Positions 1-10,407 of a stretch of 64,000 nucleotides of DNA are shown here, in pieces (within the stretch, counting starts at the first letter, position 1; each line of letters starts with the position of its first letter). The notes beneath the pieces are model-generated. The model did no database searches and was not told the DNA's origin. It saw nothing but the letters and a program-made list of their open reading frames with translations. Made by a program: the position numbers and the translations under genes. Source of the stretch: Cryomorphaceae bacterium (GTDB taxonomy: Bacteria; Bacteroidota; Bacteroidia; Flavobacteriales; Flavobacteriaceae); the NCBI GenBank assembly GCA_003331875.1, contig QOQA01000003.1, positions 269 to 64,268 of the forward strand, written 5' to 3'.

Positions 1-76
1 TAGATTTCAAGATTTTGACAGCTGATAAAAGCTTGTCATCATCATCATATATAGCATGTACATGTTTATTTGCCAT
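1..76 (-). CDS. actD: Alternative complex III subunit ActD (DUF3341-like), 5' end only; the gene runs off the window
   Basis: ATG at 76-74 on the minus strand reads MANKHVHAIYDDDDKLLSAVKILKS to the window edge. It overlaps the actC stop by 11 nt, and its position after ActA/B/C fits the ACIII operon order. Confidence 0.7.
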   Translation of the reverse strand, partial: MANKHVHAIYDDDDKLLSAVKILKS

Positions 77-1457
77 TATTATCTCTGAGTTTTTTATAAT
101 TATCGCCTGATGATTTTAATATTGTTTTAACCTCTGCTTGAGCAATTACTGGAAATGTTCTTGAGTAAAGCAGAAATAAAACAAAGAAAAAGCCAATTGT
201 GCCAAGAAATATCCCTATTTCAACAAATGTTGGTGAAAACTGTGTCCATGACGAGGGTAAATAGTCCCTATGAAGGGATGTTACAATGATTACAAACCTT
301 TCAAACCACATTCCAATATTTACAACAATTGAAATGATAAAAGAAAAAGTAATACTGGTTCTCAATTTCTTAAACCACATTAACTGCGGTGAAAACACAT
401 TGCATGTCATCATTGCCCAGTATGCCCACCAATATGGGCCTGTTGCTCTATTTAAAAAAGCATACTGTTCATATTCAACACCGGAATACCATGCAATAAA
501 GAGTTCCGTTATGTAAGCACACCCAACAATTGATCCAGTGATCATAATTACAATATTCATCAATTCGATATGCTGAAGTGTGATGTAATCTTCTAAGTTG
601 CAAACCTTTCTCATAACTAGAAGCAGGGTCTGAACCATTGCAAACCCAGAAAATATTGCACCTGCAACAAAATAAGGAGGAAAAATTGTGGTATGCCAAC
701 CAGGAATTACAGATGTTGCAAAGTCAAATGATACGATTGTATGAACGGATAAAACTAGTGGAGTTGCCAAGCCTGCTAACACTAGTGATACTTCTTCAAA
801 TCTTTGCCAGTCCTTAGCTCTACCGCTCCATCCAAAACTTATAAGACTGTATATTTTTTTCTGAAATGGCTTTACAGCTCTATCTCGGATCATTGCAAAA
901 TCTGGCAATAGGCCTGTCCACCAAAAAACCAATGAAACTGTTAAATAGGTAGAAATTGCAAAAACATCCCACAATAACGGAGAATTAAAATTTACCCACA
1001 AAGATCCAAACTGGTTTGGTATAGGAACAATCCAGTATGCAAGCCAAGGTCTTCCCATGTGGATGACTGGAAACAAACCTGCTTGGATAACAGAAAAAAT
1101 TGTCATTGCTTCGGCAGATCTATTAATTCCCATTCTCCACTTTTGTCTGAAAAGAAGTAGTACCGCAGAAATTAGTGTACCCGCGTGACCAATACCAACC
1201 CACCAAACAAAGTTTGTGATGTCCCAAGCCCATCCAATCGTTTTATTAACTCCCCATGTTCCAATTCCAGTTGAGATTGTATAAATAATACAGCCTATTC
1301 CCCACAAGAAAAGTCCTAGTGAAATAATAAATACTATCCACCACTGTTTATTTGCTGATCCTTCGATAGGACGTGCAACATCAACTGTAATCTGATGATA
1401 TGATTTATTACCAGTTACTAATGGTGCTCTGATTGGTGCTTCGTAGTGAGAACCCAT
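66..1457 (-). CDS. actC: Alternative complex III quinol-interacting membrane subunit ActC (NrfD/PsrC-like polytopic membrane protein)
   Basis: 463-aa ORF, highly hydrophobic with about 10 TM segments and NrfD-like sequence (WWVGIGHAGTLISA, HTIVSFDFA). It lies 3 nt downstream of actB. Confidence 0.9.
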   Translation of the reverse strand: MGSHYEAPIRAPLVTGNKSYHQITVDVARPIEGSANKQWWIVFIISLGLFLWGIGCIIYTISTGIGTWGVNKTIGWAWDITNFVWWVGIGHAGTLISAVLLLFRQKWRMGINRSAEAMTIFSVIQAGLFPVIHMGRPWLAYWIVPIPNQFGSLWVNFNSPLLWDVFAISTYLTVSLVFWWTGLLPDFAMIRDRAVKPFQKKIYSLISFGWSGRAKDWQRFEEVSLVLAGLATPLVLSVHTIVSFDFATSVIPGWHTTIFPPYFVAGAIFSGFAMVQTLLLVMRKVCNLEDYITLQHIELMNIVIMITGSIVGCAYITELFIAWYSGVEYEQYAFLNRATGPYWWAYWAMMTCNVFSPQLMWFKKLRTSITFSFIISIVVNIGMWFERFVIIVTSLHRDYLPSSWTQFSPTFVEIGIFLGTIGFFFVLFLLYSRTFPVIAQAEVKTILKSSGDNYKKLRDNNGK

Positions 1458-1460
1458 AGA

Positions 1461-4400
1461 TTAAGTTTTTTTCATATTACCATTATTTCTAACCTTGGTG
1501 TGATAAAATACATTTGGTTTTGCGCCAACATACTCAAGTAAATGATAAACTCTGTCATCCTTACTTCTTTTGAAAACATTACTTTCTTCATTATTAATAT
1601 CTCCAAAGCTCAATGCGCCAGTTGAGCATGCAGCAGAACATGCTACAGCATCGTTAAATTCATTAACATCAGTCTCTCTTCCTTCGTTTTTGGCTTTTAA
1701 AATTACAGCTTGAGTTGATTGGATACAAAATGAACATTTTTCCATAACACCTCTCGACCTCACAACAACATCAGGATTTAGTACCATTTTTCCCAAATCA
1801 TCATTCATATGGAAATCAAACTCATCATTATTATTATATAAAAACCAGTTAAACCTTCTGACTTTATAAGGACAGTTATTTGCACAATACCTTGTCCCAA
1901 CACATCTATTGTAAGCCATATGATTTTGTCCCTGTCTTCCATGTGAAGTAGCAGCTACAGGACAAACAGTCTCGCAAGGTGCTTGATTACAATGTTGACA
2001 CATTACAGGTTGAAATACAACTTGAGGGTTTTCATTAGGATCTTCCAATTCTCCAAATACATTCAAAGATTCTACTAAGCCATTAATATTTTCTTTATTT
2101 TCTATATCTTTTTCAAAAGTCACATCAGATGAATAATACCTGTCTATTCTTAACCAATGCATATCTCTTGATTTTCTAACTTCTCTCTTCCCAACAACAG
2201 GGACGTTATTTTCAGCATGGCAAGCAATTACACAAGCCCCACAACCAGTACAAGAATTCAAGTCAATTGATAATTTGAAGTGATGACCAATTGATCTATC
2301 AAACTCTTCCCATATGTTTACCTCTTTTTTGTTAACAGCTGTCTCAATGTGGTTTTTAGATACCACAGGAATTGCGTTCCAATAATTTTTTGGTTTTGTA
2401 TTGTATGTATCAAGGGTTGTTTCCTTAATTATATCTCCACGACCCATCAAAGTATTTTGTAACTGAACACAAGCAAATTCATGAATTTCATAAACCGGCT
2501 TAATACTTACAAATTGGTGCTTTGAAAAATTCTTATATAATTTATAAGCATTCTCTCCTGTTTTCATTTCATTTTTAAGTCCTTGAGTTCTTCCATAACC
2601 GAAGGATATTCCAACAGTTCCTTTTGCTTGACCAGGTTGAATAATTACTGGGATTTTAATTTCTGTTTCATCACAACTAACCAATGCGTAATTACTATTT
2701 AATGCGCCATCAGATTCATTGTAATTTTTTAAGCCGATATTATCAGCATCGAATTTTGATATTGTTAAATAGTTGTCCCATGAAACTCTTGAAATTGGAT
2801 CAGGGAACTCTTGAAGCCATGGGTTATTTGCCTGCTGACCATCACCCATTCCTAGTTTTGAATATATGATTAATTCAAAGCCATCTAATTTATCAGAAAG
2901 CATACTATCAATATGTGCTGTAAAATTTAAATTACGGTTTGGCGTTAATTGAATTTTATTATCAACTGAATAAATGCCATCATGAAGAACTTTGTTCCAT
3001 ATTGTGCCATTCTTCAAAATATTTGATTCCCAATTGGTCCTAATTTCGTCATAATATGATTTTTCAGAGCCTGACCATTTTATCAAACAATCTTCAAACT
3101 GCCTAGTATCAAAAAGTGGTTTTATAGTGGGTTGACATAAGCTATACTCACCATTGATAAATTCGAAATCTCCCCAAGACTCTAAGTAGTGAGGACAGGC
3201 AGCAACATACTTTGAGTCAACAGATGTCTCATCCATTTTCATAGAAAAGCTCAATGAAAAATCAATTTTAGATAACATAGATTTAAAATCTATTGAATCT
3301 GGAAATGAATAAACAGGATTTACACCACTCATTATAATTCCACCAAGCAATCCATTCTTATAATCATCAATTATGTCTTTTAACTTTTTGTGATCGCCAG
3401 ATCTAAGCATCGAAACCTTCGATTTACTTTTGATCTCACTTTTCAAAATTTCATTTATTCTAAAAGAAATTATTTGGGAATCAATATCATCTAGACCACA
3501 AAGCAAAATAGATTTTTTACCATTTGAAACTAACTCTTCAATTATGGTATCCACCTTCTGCTTCAATGAATCCTCCAAATCAGGAACAGGAGAATTATTA
3601 GATTCTAGCTTGTTATATATATAGGCTAAAACTTGTTTTTGTATTGATGGCTTTGCAGGAATTCTGATATCTGCATTTGAGCCAGTAATAGACATATTTG
3701 ATTCAATCTGAATATGTCTTGACATTTTTGCTTTATTGTTATTTTTCTTATAGGGAATCCTGTTTTTTACATAGCCTTTGTCATAGCTTGAACCCATCCA
3801 ATCTCCTAGAAAATCAGCTCCCAAGGATAAAATAAAGTTTGCCTTATCAATATCATAAAAAGGTAATGCTCTTATGCCGTAGATAATTTCATGAGCATCT
3901 AAAATTGCTGTTTCAGAAACTGTATCAATCTCGATGTGTTTAATACTTTTATACGTTTCAGTGAAGTCTTTAATTATCTTTTTTGATGTTGGGCTAACTA
4001 TTGTGTTGGTTATAAAATAAATATTCTTCCCTGAGTTTTCAGATTTTTTTAAATGAGATAAAACTTGTTTATCTAAATTTTCCCATGTGATATCTTCACC
4101 ACTAAAAACAGGACCCTGCAGTCTACCACTATCATACATAGAAAGCACCGATGCATGAACTCTTGCATTAGCTGAACCATTATATTTTGACAATTTATTG
4201 TTTTCAATTTTTATAGGTCGACCCTCACGAGTTTTTACTAAAATATTAGAGGCATCATAACCATCAAACATTGTTGTTGCATAATAATTTGCAATACCAG
4301 GTCTAATTCTTTCAGGCTGAATAACATAAGGGACTGACCTGTGAACTGGACCTTCGCAGCTTGCCAATATAGCTGCTGATGTACTAAAGCCAAGGTATTT

Positions 4401-4559
4401 GAGAAAATCTCTCCTGTTTGTAGAGCTTTCCACCAATTCATCACTCATTTCTAAGTCGATTGGAAGCTTCTCTGCAAACTCATTATGTTTTAGATCTGAA
4501 ATATCTACACTATTAGATAATTCAACCTCACTTTTCCAATATTTTTTTTCTCTACTCAT
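1461..4559 (-). CDS. actB: Alternative complex III subunit ActB (TAT-signal molybdopterin-oxidoreductase-like domain fused to a 4Fe-4S ferredoxin domain)
   Basis: 1032 aa. Twin-arginine motif NRRDFLKYLGFS. C-terminal Cys clusters CTGCGACVIAC, CQHCNQAPCETVCP, CVGTRYCANNCPYKV and CSFC. Confidence 0.93.
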   Translation of the reverse strand: MSREKKYWKSEVELSNSVDISDLKHNEFAEKLPIDLEMSDELVESSTNRRDFLKYLGFSTSAAILASCEGPVHRSVPYVIQPERIRPGIANYYATTMFDGYDASNILVKTREGRPIKIENNKLSKYNGSANARVHASVLSMYDSGRLQGPVFSGEDITWENLDKQVLSHLKKSENSGKNIYFITNTIVSPTSKKIIKDFTETYKSIKHIEIDTVSETAILDAHEIIYGIRALPFYDIDKANFILSLGADFLGDWMGSSYDKGYVKNRIPYKKNNNKAKMSRHIQIESNMSITGSNADIRIPAKPSIQKQVLAYIYNKLESNNSPVPDLEDSLKQKVDTIIEELVSNGKKSILLCGLDDIDSQIISFRINEILKSEIKSKSKVSMLRSGDHKKLKDIIDDYKNGLLGGIIMSGVNPVYSFPDSIDFKSMLSKIDFSLSFSMKMDETSVDSKYVAACPHYLESWGDFEFINGEYSLCQPTIKPLFDTRQFEDCLIKWSGSEKSYYDEIRTNWESNILKNGTIWNKVLHDGIYSVDNKIQLTPNRNLNFTAHIDSMLSDKLDGFELIIYSKLGMGDGQQANNPWLQEFPDPISRVSWDNYLTISKFDADNIGLKNYNESDGALNSNYALVSCDETEIKIPVIIQPGQAKGTVGISFGYGRTQGLKNEMKTGENAYKLYKNFSKHQFVSIKPVYEIHEFACVQLQNTLMGRGDIIKETTLDTYNTKPKNYWNAIPVVSKNHIETAVNKKEVNIWEEFDRSIGHHFKLSIDLNSCTGCGACVIACHAENNVPVVGKREVRKSRDMHWLRIDRYYSSDVTFEKDIENKENINGLVESLNVFGELEDPNENPQVVFQPVMCQHCNQAPCETVCPVAATSHGRQGQNHMAYNRCVGTRYCANNCPYKVRRFNWFLYNNNDEFDFHMNDDLGKMVLNPDVVVRSRGVMEKCSFCIQSTQAVILKAKNEGRETDVNEFNDAVACSAACSTGALSFGDINNEESNVFKRSKDDRVYHLLEYVGAKPNVFYHTKVRNNGNMKKT

Positions 4560-4565
4560 TTTAAA

Positions 4566-5882
4566 CTAGTAATGACATTTTCCACACTCTAATCCTCCCA
4601 TTTGTGCTATTGTTAATTTTTCAACTCCATATTTCTTTGATAATTCCTCGTGTATCTTGGTATAATAATCATTGTCTTTTACTTTAACCTCCGATTCTCT
4701 GTGACAGTTGATACACCAACCCATAGTTAAAGAGGAGTGCTGATAAGCAATTTCCATTTCCTCGACTGGACCGTGACAAGTCTGACATTCAATTCCTGCA
4801 ACATTAACATGTTGAGAGTGGTTGAAATAAACGAAATCTGGAAGGTTGTGTATTCTAACCCATTTCACAGGTTCTGTTTCTCCGGTATACCGCCTTGACT
4901 CTTCATCCCACCCAACAGCTTTATATAATTTTTTTATCTCATTAGTGTAGAATTCTTTAGTGTAGCCTTTCTCTAAATCTTCATCACCATTATATTCTGC
5001 AATGTTTTGATGACAATTCATACAAACATTTAGTGATGGAATTCCAGAGTGCTTTGAAACACGAGCAGATGAATGACAATATTGACACTCAATTTCATTA
5101 TCACCAGAATGAATCTTATGTGAATAATGAATGGGCTGAACAGGCATATAACCTTGATCAATTCCAATTTGCATTAGCCAACCATAAGCAAAATATGCAC
5201 TAGACAAAAGAAGAAAAACGACACTAGAAAAAACAAGAAATTGATTTTTTAAGAATATTTTCCAGACAGGTTCTGAAAACAATTTAGTATCCTTTTTTTC
5301 GGTGTAAACTCCATTGTTAACTGCGATTGCTCTTAGAGTTTTATTGACCAAAAATAACATCACGACTAAAACAATCAACACTAGAATAAGTGCGGCTAGA
5401 ATTATGTCTGATGAAAGCGAACTACCGTTAGAATTAACCTGATCGGAGGCTGTGGAGGCAACTGCCACTACAGGCTCAGGTACATAGTCTGTGTAAGCTA
5501 ATATATTATCAATATCTTGATTTGAAAGTTGTGGAAATGCATTCATTGCAGCTTTATTCCATTCTTCCCAAATGGCAACTGCTCTATCATCACCAGATTT
5601 AATCATAGCAGAGCTATTTTTTATCCAAGTATAAAGCCATTCTCTCTCATATTTTTCTGATACACCTGCCAGTGCAGGGCCAATAAGGTTCTTATTTAAC
5701 TTATGGCATGCAGCACAGTTCGAATTAAACAGTGATTTACCTTTCGAAATGTCAACGTCCTGAGAATGAGCGTTTAAAGAGAAAAATAGTAGCAGAAAAA
5801 AAGCAGCGAAATTTTTTATAACATTTTTTATAAAAAGAACGTTATTTTTACCTTTGTAATTGTTGTAGTTTCTAGCCTTCAA
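4566..5882 (-). CDS. actA: Alternative complex III multihaem cytochrome c subunit ActA (six CxxCH motifs)
   Basis: 438 aa. CAACH lies in an N-terminal class-I-like cytochrome c domain, followed by a central TM helix and then CQYCH, CMNCH, CQTCH, CINCH and CGKCH. It apparently starts at TTG 5882, with no in-frame ATG before the signal peptide. Confidence 0.9.
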   Translation of the reverse strand: MKARNYNNYKGKNNVLFIKNVIKNFAAFFLLLFFSLNAHSQDVDISKGKSLFNSNCAACHKLNKNLIGPALAGVSEKYEREWLYTWIKNSSAMIKSGDDRAVAIWEEWNKAAMNAFPQLSNQDIDNILAYTDYVPEPVVAVASTASDQVNSNGSSLSSDIILAALILVLIVLVVMLFLVNKTLRAIAVNNGVYTEKKDTKLFSEPVWKIFLKNQFLVFSSVVFLLLSSAYFAYGWLMQIGIDQGYMPVQPIHYSHKIHSGDNEIECQYCHSSARVSKHSGIPSLNVCMNCHQNIAEYNGDEDLEKGYTKEFYTNEIKKLYKAVGWDEESRRYTGETEPVKWVRIHNLPDFVYFNHSQHVNVAGIECQTCHGPVEEMEIAYQHSSLTMGWCINCHRESEVKVKDNDYYTKIHEELSKKYGVEKLTIAQMGGLECGKCHY

Positions 5883-5998
5883 AAATTAAAAAAAAAGGTT
5901 TATTTTTTAATCGAATAAAGATACTAAACAAATTATAATATTTAAAAAAAATACAGATATAATTTTAATTATTTTTGTTAAAAGTATAAATCATAGTA

Positions 5999-6370
5999 AT
6001 GCACAAAATAATGTATATAATTTTACTGTTAATCAGTACTTTAAGTTTTAGTCAAAAAATTAATAATGAAGTAAGCAAAAGTGAGAACTTTAAAAAGTTA
6101 TTGAATTTATATAAAATTGCTAATAAAGAAAAGTATAATGCAGACTACTATTCATTACAAATATATAATGGCAACTACAAAGAAGCTGACTCGATATTTA
6201 AATTTTCAAAAAACTTTTTTATTTCAGATTCTGTTTATTTATTCTATGAAACTCCAAATTATAAAGTTCAATTAGGGAAGTTCTGGGATAAATTAAAGGC
6301 TCAGAAAAAACTCAAGGAAATTCAAAAAAAATTTAAATCAGCTTTTATTTTAAAACCAAAAGGAATTTAA
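5999..6370 (+). CDS. Small secreted SPOR-like domain protein
   Basis: 123 aa with an N-terminal signal peptide. The C-terminal YSLQIYNG...[21 protein letters not shown] pattern resembles a SPOR peptidoglycan-binding repeat. Its 3' end overlaps the infB stop by 4 nt. Confidence 0.55.
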   Translation: MHKIMYIILLLISTLSFSQKINNEVSKSENFKKLLNLYKIANKEKYNADYYSLQIYNGNYKEADSIFKFSKNFFISDSVYLFYETPNYKVQLGKFWDKLKAQKKLKEIQKKFKSAFILKPKGI

Positions 6371-8901
6371 TTTTTAATTTTCTTTTTTACCTGCAGTTCC
6401 GTAAAAAACTCTAAATTATCGCCAATTTTAATGTCATTATAGTTTTTTAATTGAAGTCCACAATCATAACCTTTTGAAACTTCTTTTGCATCATCCTGAA
6501 ATCTTTTTAAAGAGGTTAGGGTAGTTGTTATAATAACAATTCCTTCTCTTATTAATCTTACATTAGATTTTCTAAAAATCTTTCCACTCGTCACCATACA
6601 TCCTGCAATTGTACCAATTTTTGAAATTTTAAATGTTTCTCGAATTTCAGCTTGACCAGTAATTTCTTCTTTTAATTCAGGAGATAACATTCCTTCGATT
6701 GCATCCTTTAAATCATTGATAGCGTCATATATAATGGAGTAGTTTCTAATGTCAACTTCCTCCTTCTCAGAAATTATCCTAGCATTTCCTGTCGGTCTTA
6801 CATTAAAACCTACAATGATAGCTTCAGATGCAGAGGCTAACAAAACATCCGATTCAGTTATGGCACCAACAGCTTTATGGACTATATTAATATGGATTTC
6901 ATCTGATGAAAGTTTTAGAAAGGAATCAGAAAGTGCTTCAACGGAACCATCAACATCTCCTTTAAGTATAATATTTAATTCTTTGAAATCTCCAATTGCA
7001 ATTCTTCTTCCAATCTCATCTAAAGTTAATTGTTTTTGGGTTCTGACGCTTTGTTCTCTCACAAGTTGGGTCCTTTTTGATGCAATTGTTTTTGCTTCTT
7101 TTTCATCACTGAAAACATTGAACTTATCACCAGCCTGAGGGGCTCCATCCAAACCGAGAACAGAAACAGGTGTTGACGGTAAGGCATGTTTTATTTGATT
7201 TCCTCTCTCATCATAAAGAGCTTTGACCTTTCCGCTGTATTTCCCAGCTAATACATAATCTCCAATTTTGAGAGTTCCTGACTGAACAAGTAATGTAGAA
7301 ATATAACCCTTACCTTTATCCAGTCTAGCTTCAATCACAGACCCAATAGATAACTTGTCCGGATTAGCTTTCAACTCTAATAATTCTGCCTCTAGTAAAA
7401 TTTTATCTAAAAGCTCATCAACTCCAATACCTTTTAAAGCAGAAATATCTTGACTTTGAATATTTCCACCCCAATCCTCAACTAATAAGTTCATACCAGA
7501 AAGTTTTTCTTTAATTTTTTCTGGATTAGATACATCTCTATCAATTTTATTAATTGCTATAATTATTGGAACTGCTGCAGCTTGAGCGTGGCTAATGGCT
7601 TCTTTTGTTTGTGGTTGAATATCATCATCTGCAGCAATCACAATAACTACTATATCGGTCAACTGGGTTCCTCTTGCTCTCATTGCAGTAAAAGCCTCAT
7701 GACCAGGAGTGTCTAAAAATGTAATTTTTTTATCATTTTTTAGATTAACACTGTAAGCTCCTATGTGCTGTGTTATTCCCCCAGATTCACCTGCAACAAC
7801 ATTTTCTTTTCTGATGTGATCTAGTAAAGAGGTCTTCCCATGATCTACGTGCCCCATGATGGTAACAATTGGGGGTCTAATTTCTAAGCTTTCGGGCTCA
7901 TCTTCATCTTTTTCTTTAATAGATTCTTCAATTTCAGCAGTTACGAAATCTACCTCATAACCAAATTCATCTGCTACTACCGTCAATGTCTCAGCGTCCA
8001 GCCTTTGGTTCATTGTAACCATTATACCCAGTGTCATACATGTTGATATTATATCATTAGATGACACATCCATCATGGTTGCAATCTCACCAACCGTTAT
8101 AAATTCTGTTACCTTTATCGACTTTTTTTCAGAAGTGATTTTCTCTAAATCATCTTCACTTCTTTTTTTGTGGACATCTCTCTTCTCTTTTCTGTACTTA
8201 GATGCTTTAGATTTTGAGGAAGATTGAAGTTTCTCAAGGGTTTCCTTGATCTGTTTTTGAACAACATCGTCTGCTGGTCCAGGCACATCTTTTACCTGCT
8301 TTTTAAATTTATCTTTCTTTTCCGCACTTTGATTATTATTAGCAACAATATCTTTAGCTATTCTCCTTCTCTTTCGTTTAGATTTGGTTATACTCTCCTC
8401 ATTTTTTTTTATTTTATCAAGATCAATTTTTTCCCCCGTCTTTTTTAACCCGCTTAATTTCTCAAAATTAGTCTTAATTTTATGCTCATCTTTTTCAGTA
8501 ATTTTTTCATCGTCCTTTTTAATAATTGAGTTACTTGGTTTAGAAATTAACTTCTTCTTTTTTAAATCTAGGTTAATTTCACCTACTTTTTTAAACTTAG
8601 GTATTGATGAACTAGATCTAATAACTCTATTTTTTTCTTTTTCAAGTTGCTCGTTTTCAAATTTAATTCTTAACTCTTCCTTTTCTTTTTTCTTTTCCTC
8701 ACTTAAATCATGTGACTCTACCTTACTTGATCTATCAGAGCTAAATTCTTGAGATAGTAATGAATATTGTTCATCAGAAATTTTTGATGTAGGTCTGGAA
8801 TCAATTTCATGCCCTTTTGAAGATAAAAACTCGACAACTCGGTCTAGGGAGATATTGAATTCTCTTATAACTCTATTTAGTCTTACCTTATTTTCTGCCA
8901 C
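6367..8901 (-). CDS. infB: Translation initiation factor IF-2
   Basis: 844 aa with a K/E-rich N-terminal region, G domain [12 protein letters not shown] / DTPGHEAF / NKID, and C-terminal IF-2 domains. Confidence 0.97.
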   Translation of the reverse strand: MAENKVRLNRVIREFNISLDRVVEFLSSKGHEIDSRPTSKISDEQYSLLSQEFSSDRSSKVESHDLSEEKKKEKEELRIKFENEQLEKEKNRVIRSSSSIPKFKKVGEINLDLKKKKLISKPSNSIIKKDDEKITEKDEHKIKTNFEKLSGLKKTGEKIDLDKIKKNEESITKSKRKRRRIAKDIVANNNQSAEKKDKFKKQVKDVPGPADDVVQKQIKETLEKLQSSSKSKASKYRKEKRDVHKKRSEDDLEKITSEKKSIKVTEFITVGEIATMMDVSSNDIISTCMTLGIMVTMNQRLDAETLTVVADEFGYEVDFVTAEIEESIKEKDEDEPESLEIRPPIVTIMGHVDHGKTSLLDHIRKENVVAGESGGITQHIGAYSVNLKNDKKITFLDTPGHEAFTAMRARGTQLTDIVVIVIAADDDIQPQTKEAISHAQAAAVPIIIAINKIDRDVSNPEKIKEKLSGMNLLVEDWGGNIQSQDISALKGIGVDELLDKILLEAELLELKANPDKLSIGSVIEARLDKGKGYISTLLVQSGTLKIGDYVLAGKYSGKVKALYDERGNQIKHALPSTPVSVLGLDGAPQAGDKFNVFSDEKEAKTIASKRTQLVREQSVRTQKQLTLDEIGRRIAIGDFKELNIILKGDVDGSVEALSDSFLKLSSDEIHINIVHKAVGAITESDVLLASASEAIIVGFNVRPTGNARIISEKEEVDIRNYSIIYDAINDLKDAIEGMLSPELKEEITGQAEIRETFKISKIGTIAGCMVTSGKIFRKSNVRLIREGIVIITTTLTSLKRFQDDAKEVSKGYDCGLQLKNYNDIKIGDNLEFFTELQVKKKIKN

Positions 8902-8912
8902 TTTCCTAATTA

Positions 8913-10148
8913 CTAGTTATTTTCAAACTCTTCACTTAAAATTTTTCTAACATCTGCTATTGTCTCTTCCTCTAGGTCTGTTCTTTTAGCTAGATCTTCT
9001 ACGTCATGTTCTAAAATACTTTTTGCAGTGTCCAATCCTACTTTTTTAAATTCATCTATTATCCACGAATCTATTTCATCTGAAAATTCAGTTAATTCAA
9101 CATCTTCTTCTGACCCTTCTCTAAAAACATCAATTTCAAATCCAGTAAGTTGACCGGCTAATTTAATATTATAACCTCCCCTTCCTATAGCTTTAGAAAC
9201 CTGATCAGCATCAAGAATAACTTGAACAGTCTTGTTTTCATCATCAATTTTCAGAGAAGTTATTTTTGCGGGACTTAACGCTCTTGTGATAAAGAGTTGA
9301 GTATTATTGGTGAAATTAACAACGTCAATATTTTCATTACCAAGCTCTCTTACAATTCCGTGTATTCTTGAACCTTTCATTCCAACACAAGCACCAACCG
9401 GGTCAATTCTATCATCATAAGAATCTACAGCAACCTTAGCTTTTTCACCAGGAACCCTTACAACTTTTTTAATTGTAATAAGACCATCAAATACTTCAGG
9501 AATATCTTGTTCAAATAGTTTTTCAAGGAATTTAGGGGATGTTCTTGACATTATTATGACGGGTTTTGTGCCCTTTAGTTCAACAAGCTCTATTACACCC
9601 CTTATGGTGTCACCCTTGCGATAAAAATCTGAGGAAATCTGCCTATCTTTTGGCATTATAATCTCATTCCCATCATCATCAAGCAGTATAACTACATTAT
9701 GTCTTATGTGGTGAACTTCAGCAGAATAAATTTCTCCAACTAAATCCAAAAACTGTTTGTATACAATTGCATTATCATGTTCATGTATTCTTGCAACTAG
9801 ATTCTGTCTTAGTGAAAGAACTACCCTTCTACCTAGGTCAATTAGTTTAACCTCCTCTGAGACATCCTCACCAACTTCAAAATCAGGCTCAATTCTCCTA
9901 GCTTCAGTCAAAGAGATTTGACTATTCTCATCTTCAACCTCGTTATCTTTGACCACAACTCTATTTCTCCAAATTTCTAAGTCTCCCTTGTCAGGATTTA
10001 TAATAATATCAAAATTTTCATCGTCACCAAATTTTCTTTTGAGGGTATTTCTAAAAACCTCTTCCAAAATTGACATTAATGTTACTCTGTCAATTAACTT
10101 CTCATCTTTAAATTCTGAAAAAGATTCTATAAGTGATAAATTATCCAT
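8913..10148 (-). CDS. nusA: Transcription termination/antitermination factor NusA
   Basis: 411 aa with S1 and KH domains ([23 protein letters not shown]), immediately upstream of infB. Confidence 0.96.
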   Translation of the reverse strand: MDNLSLIESFSEFKDEKLIDRVTLMSILEEVFRNTLKRKFGDDENFDIIINPDKGDLEIWRNRVVVKDNEVEDENSQISLTEARRIEPDFEVGEDVSEEVKLIDLGRRVVLSLRQNLVARIHEHDNAIVYKQFLDLVGEIYSAEVHHIRHNVVILLDDDGNEIIMPKDRQISSDFYRKGDTIRGVIELVELKGTKPVIIMSRTSPKFLEKLFEQDIPEVFDGLITIKKVVRVPGEKAKVAVDSYDDRIDPVGACVGMKGSRIHGIVRELGNENIDVVNFTNNTQLFITRALSPAKITSLKIDDENKTVQVILDADQVSKAIGRGGYNIKLAGQLTGFEIDVFREGSEEDVELTEFSDEIDSWIIDEFKKVGLDTAKSILEHDVEDLAKRTDLEEETIADVRKILSEEFENN

Positions 10149-10180
10149 ATCAATTTTTATTTAAGTATATGTAATAAATA

Positions 10181-10197
10181 AGGGGACAATGTCCCCT
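10181..10197 (-). terminator. GC-rich hairpin downstream of tRNA-Gln (likely intrinsic terminator)
   Basis: AGGGGAC-AAT-GTCCCCT is a perfect 7-bp stem. On the minus strand it is followed by TTATTTATT. It is the only GC-rich hairpin in this spacer. Confidence 0.55.
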
Positions 10198-10242
10198 CAA
10201 ATTTTCAAACTGCTGTGCAAATATAAAAAATTACACCAATAG

Positions 10243-10315
10243 TTGGCCTACTAGGGATCGAACCTAGACTCTTCTGGACCAAAACCAGACGTGTTGCCAG
10301 TTACACCATAGGCCA
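10243..10315 (-). tRNA. tRNA-Gln (anticodon UUG)
   Basis: Hand-folded cloverleaf: acceptor TGGCCTA/TAGGCCA, D stem GTGT/ACAC, anticodon arm TCTGG-TTTTGGT-CCAGA, T arm CTAGG-TTCGATC-CCTAG, discriminator A, no encoded CCA. Confidence 0.9.
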
Positions 10316-10356
10316 ATTGGATGTCAAATTTAATAAAACTTCGTGCTTGCACAAAC

Positions 10357-10364
10357 TAAATTTG
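10357..10364 (+). promoter_or_regulatory. Bacteroidetes -7 box-like motif (TAAATTTG) upstream of the DUF2723 gene
   Basis: Matches the TAnnTTTG consensus, 43 nt before ATG 10408. Confidence 0.3.
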
Positions 10365-10407
10365 TTTAATTCCAAATTAATTTCTTATGCTTATTTTCGT
10401 GTATCAA

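Noticed and set aside
6749-7138. 129-aa plus-strand ORF.
   Set aside because: It lies entirely antisense within infB. Its Ser/Leu/Phe-rich composition is typical of the reverse frame of a K/E/G-rich gene, and it has no independent signal.
8224-8752. Low-complexity, repeat-looking DNA with two plus-strand ORFs (74 and 122 aa). I considered a tandem repeat or array.
   Set aside because: It is the Lys/Glu-rich N-terminal linker of IF-2 read on the opposite strand. The repetition is compositional (AAA/GAA codons), with no unit periodicity.
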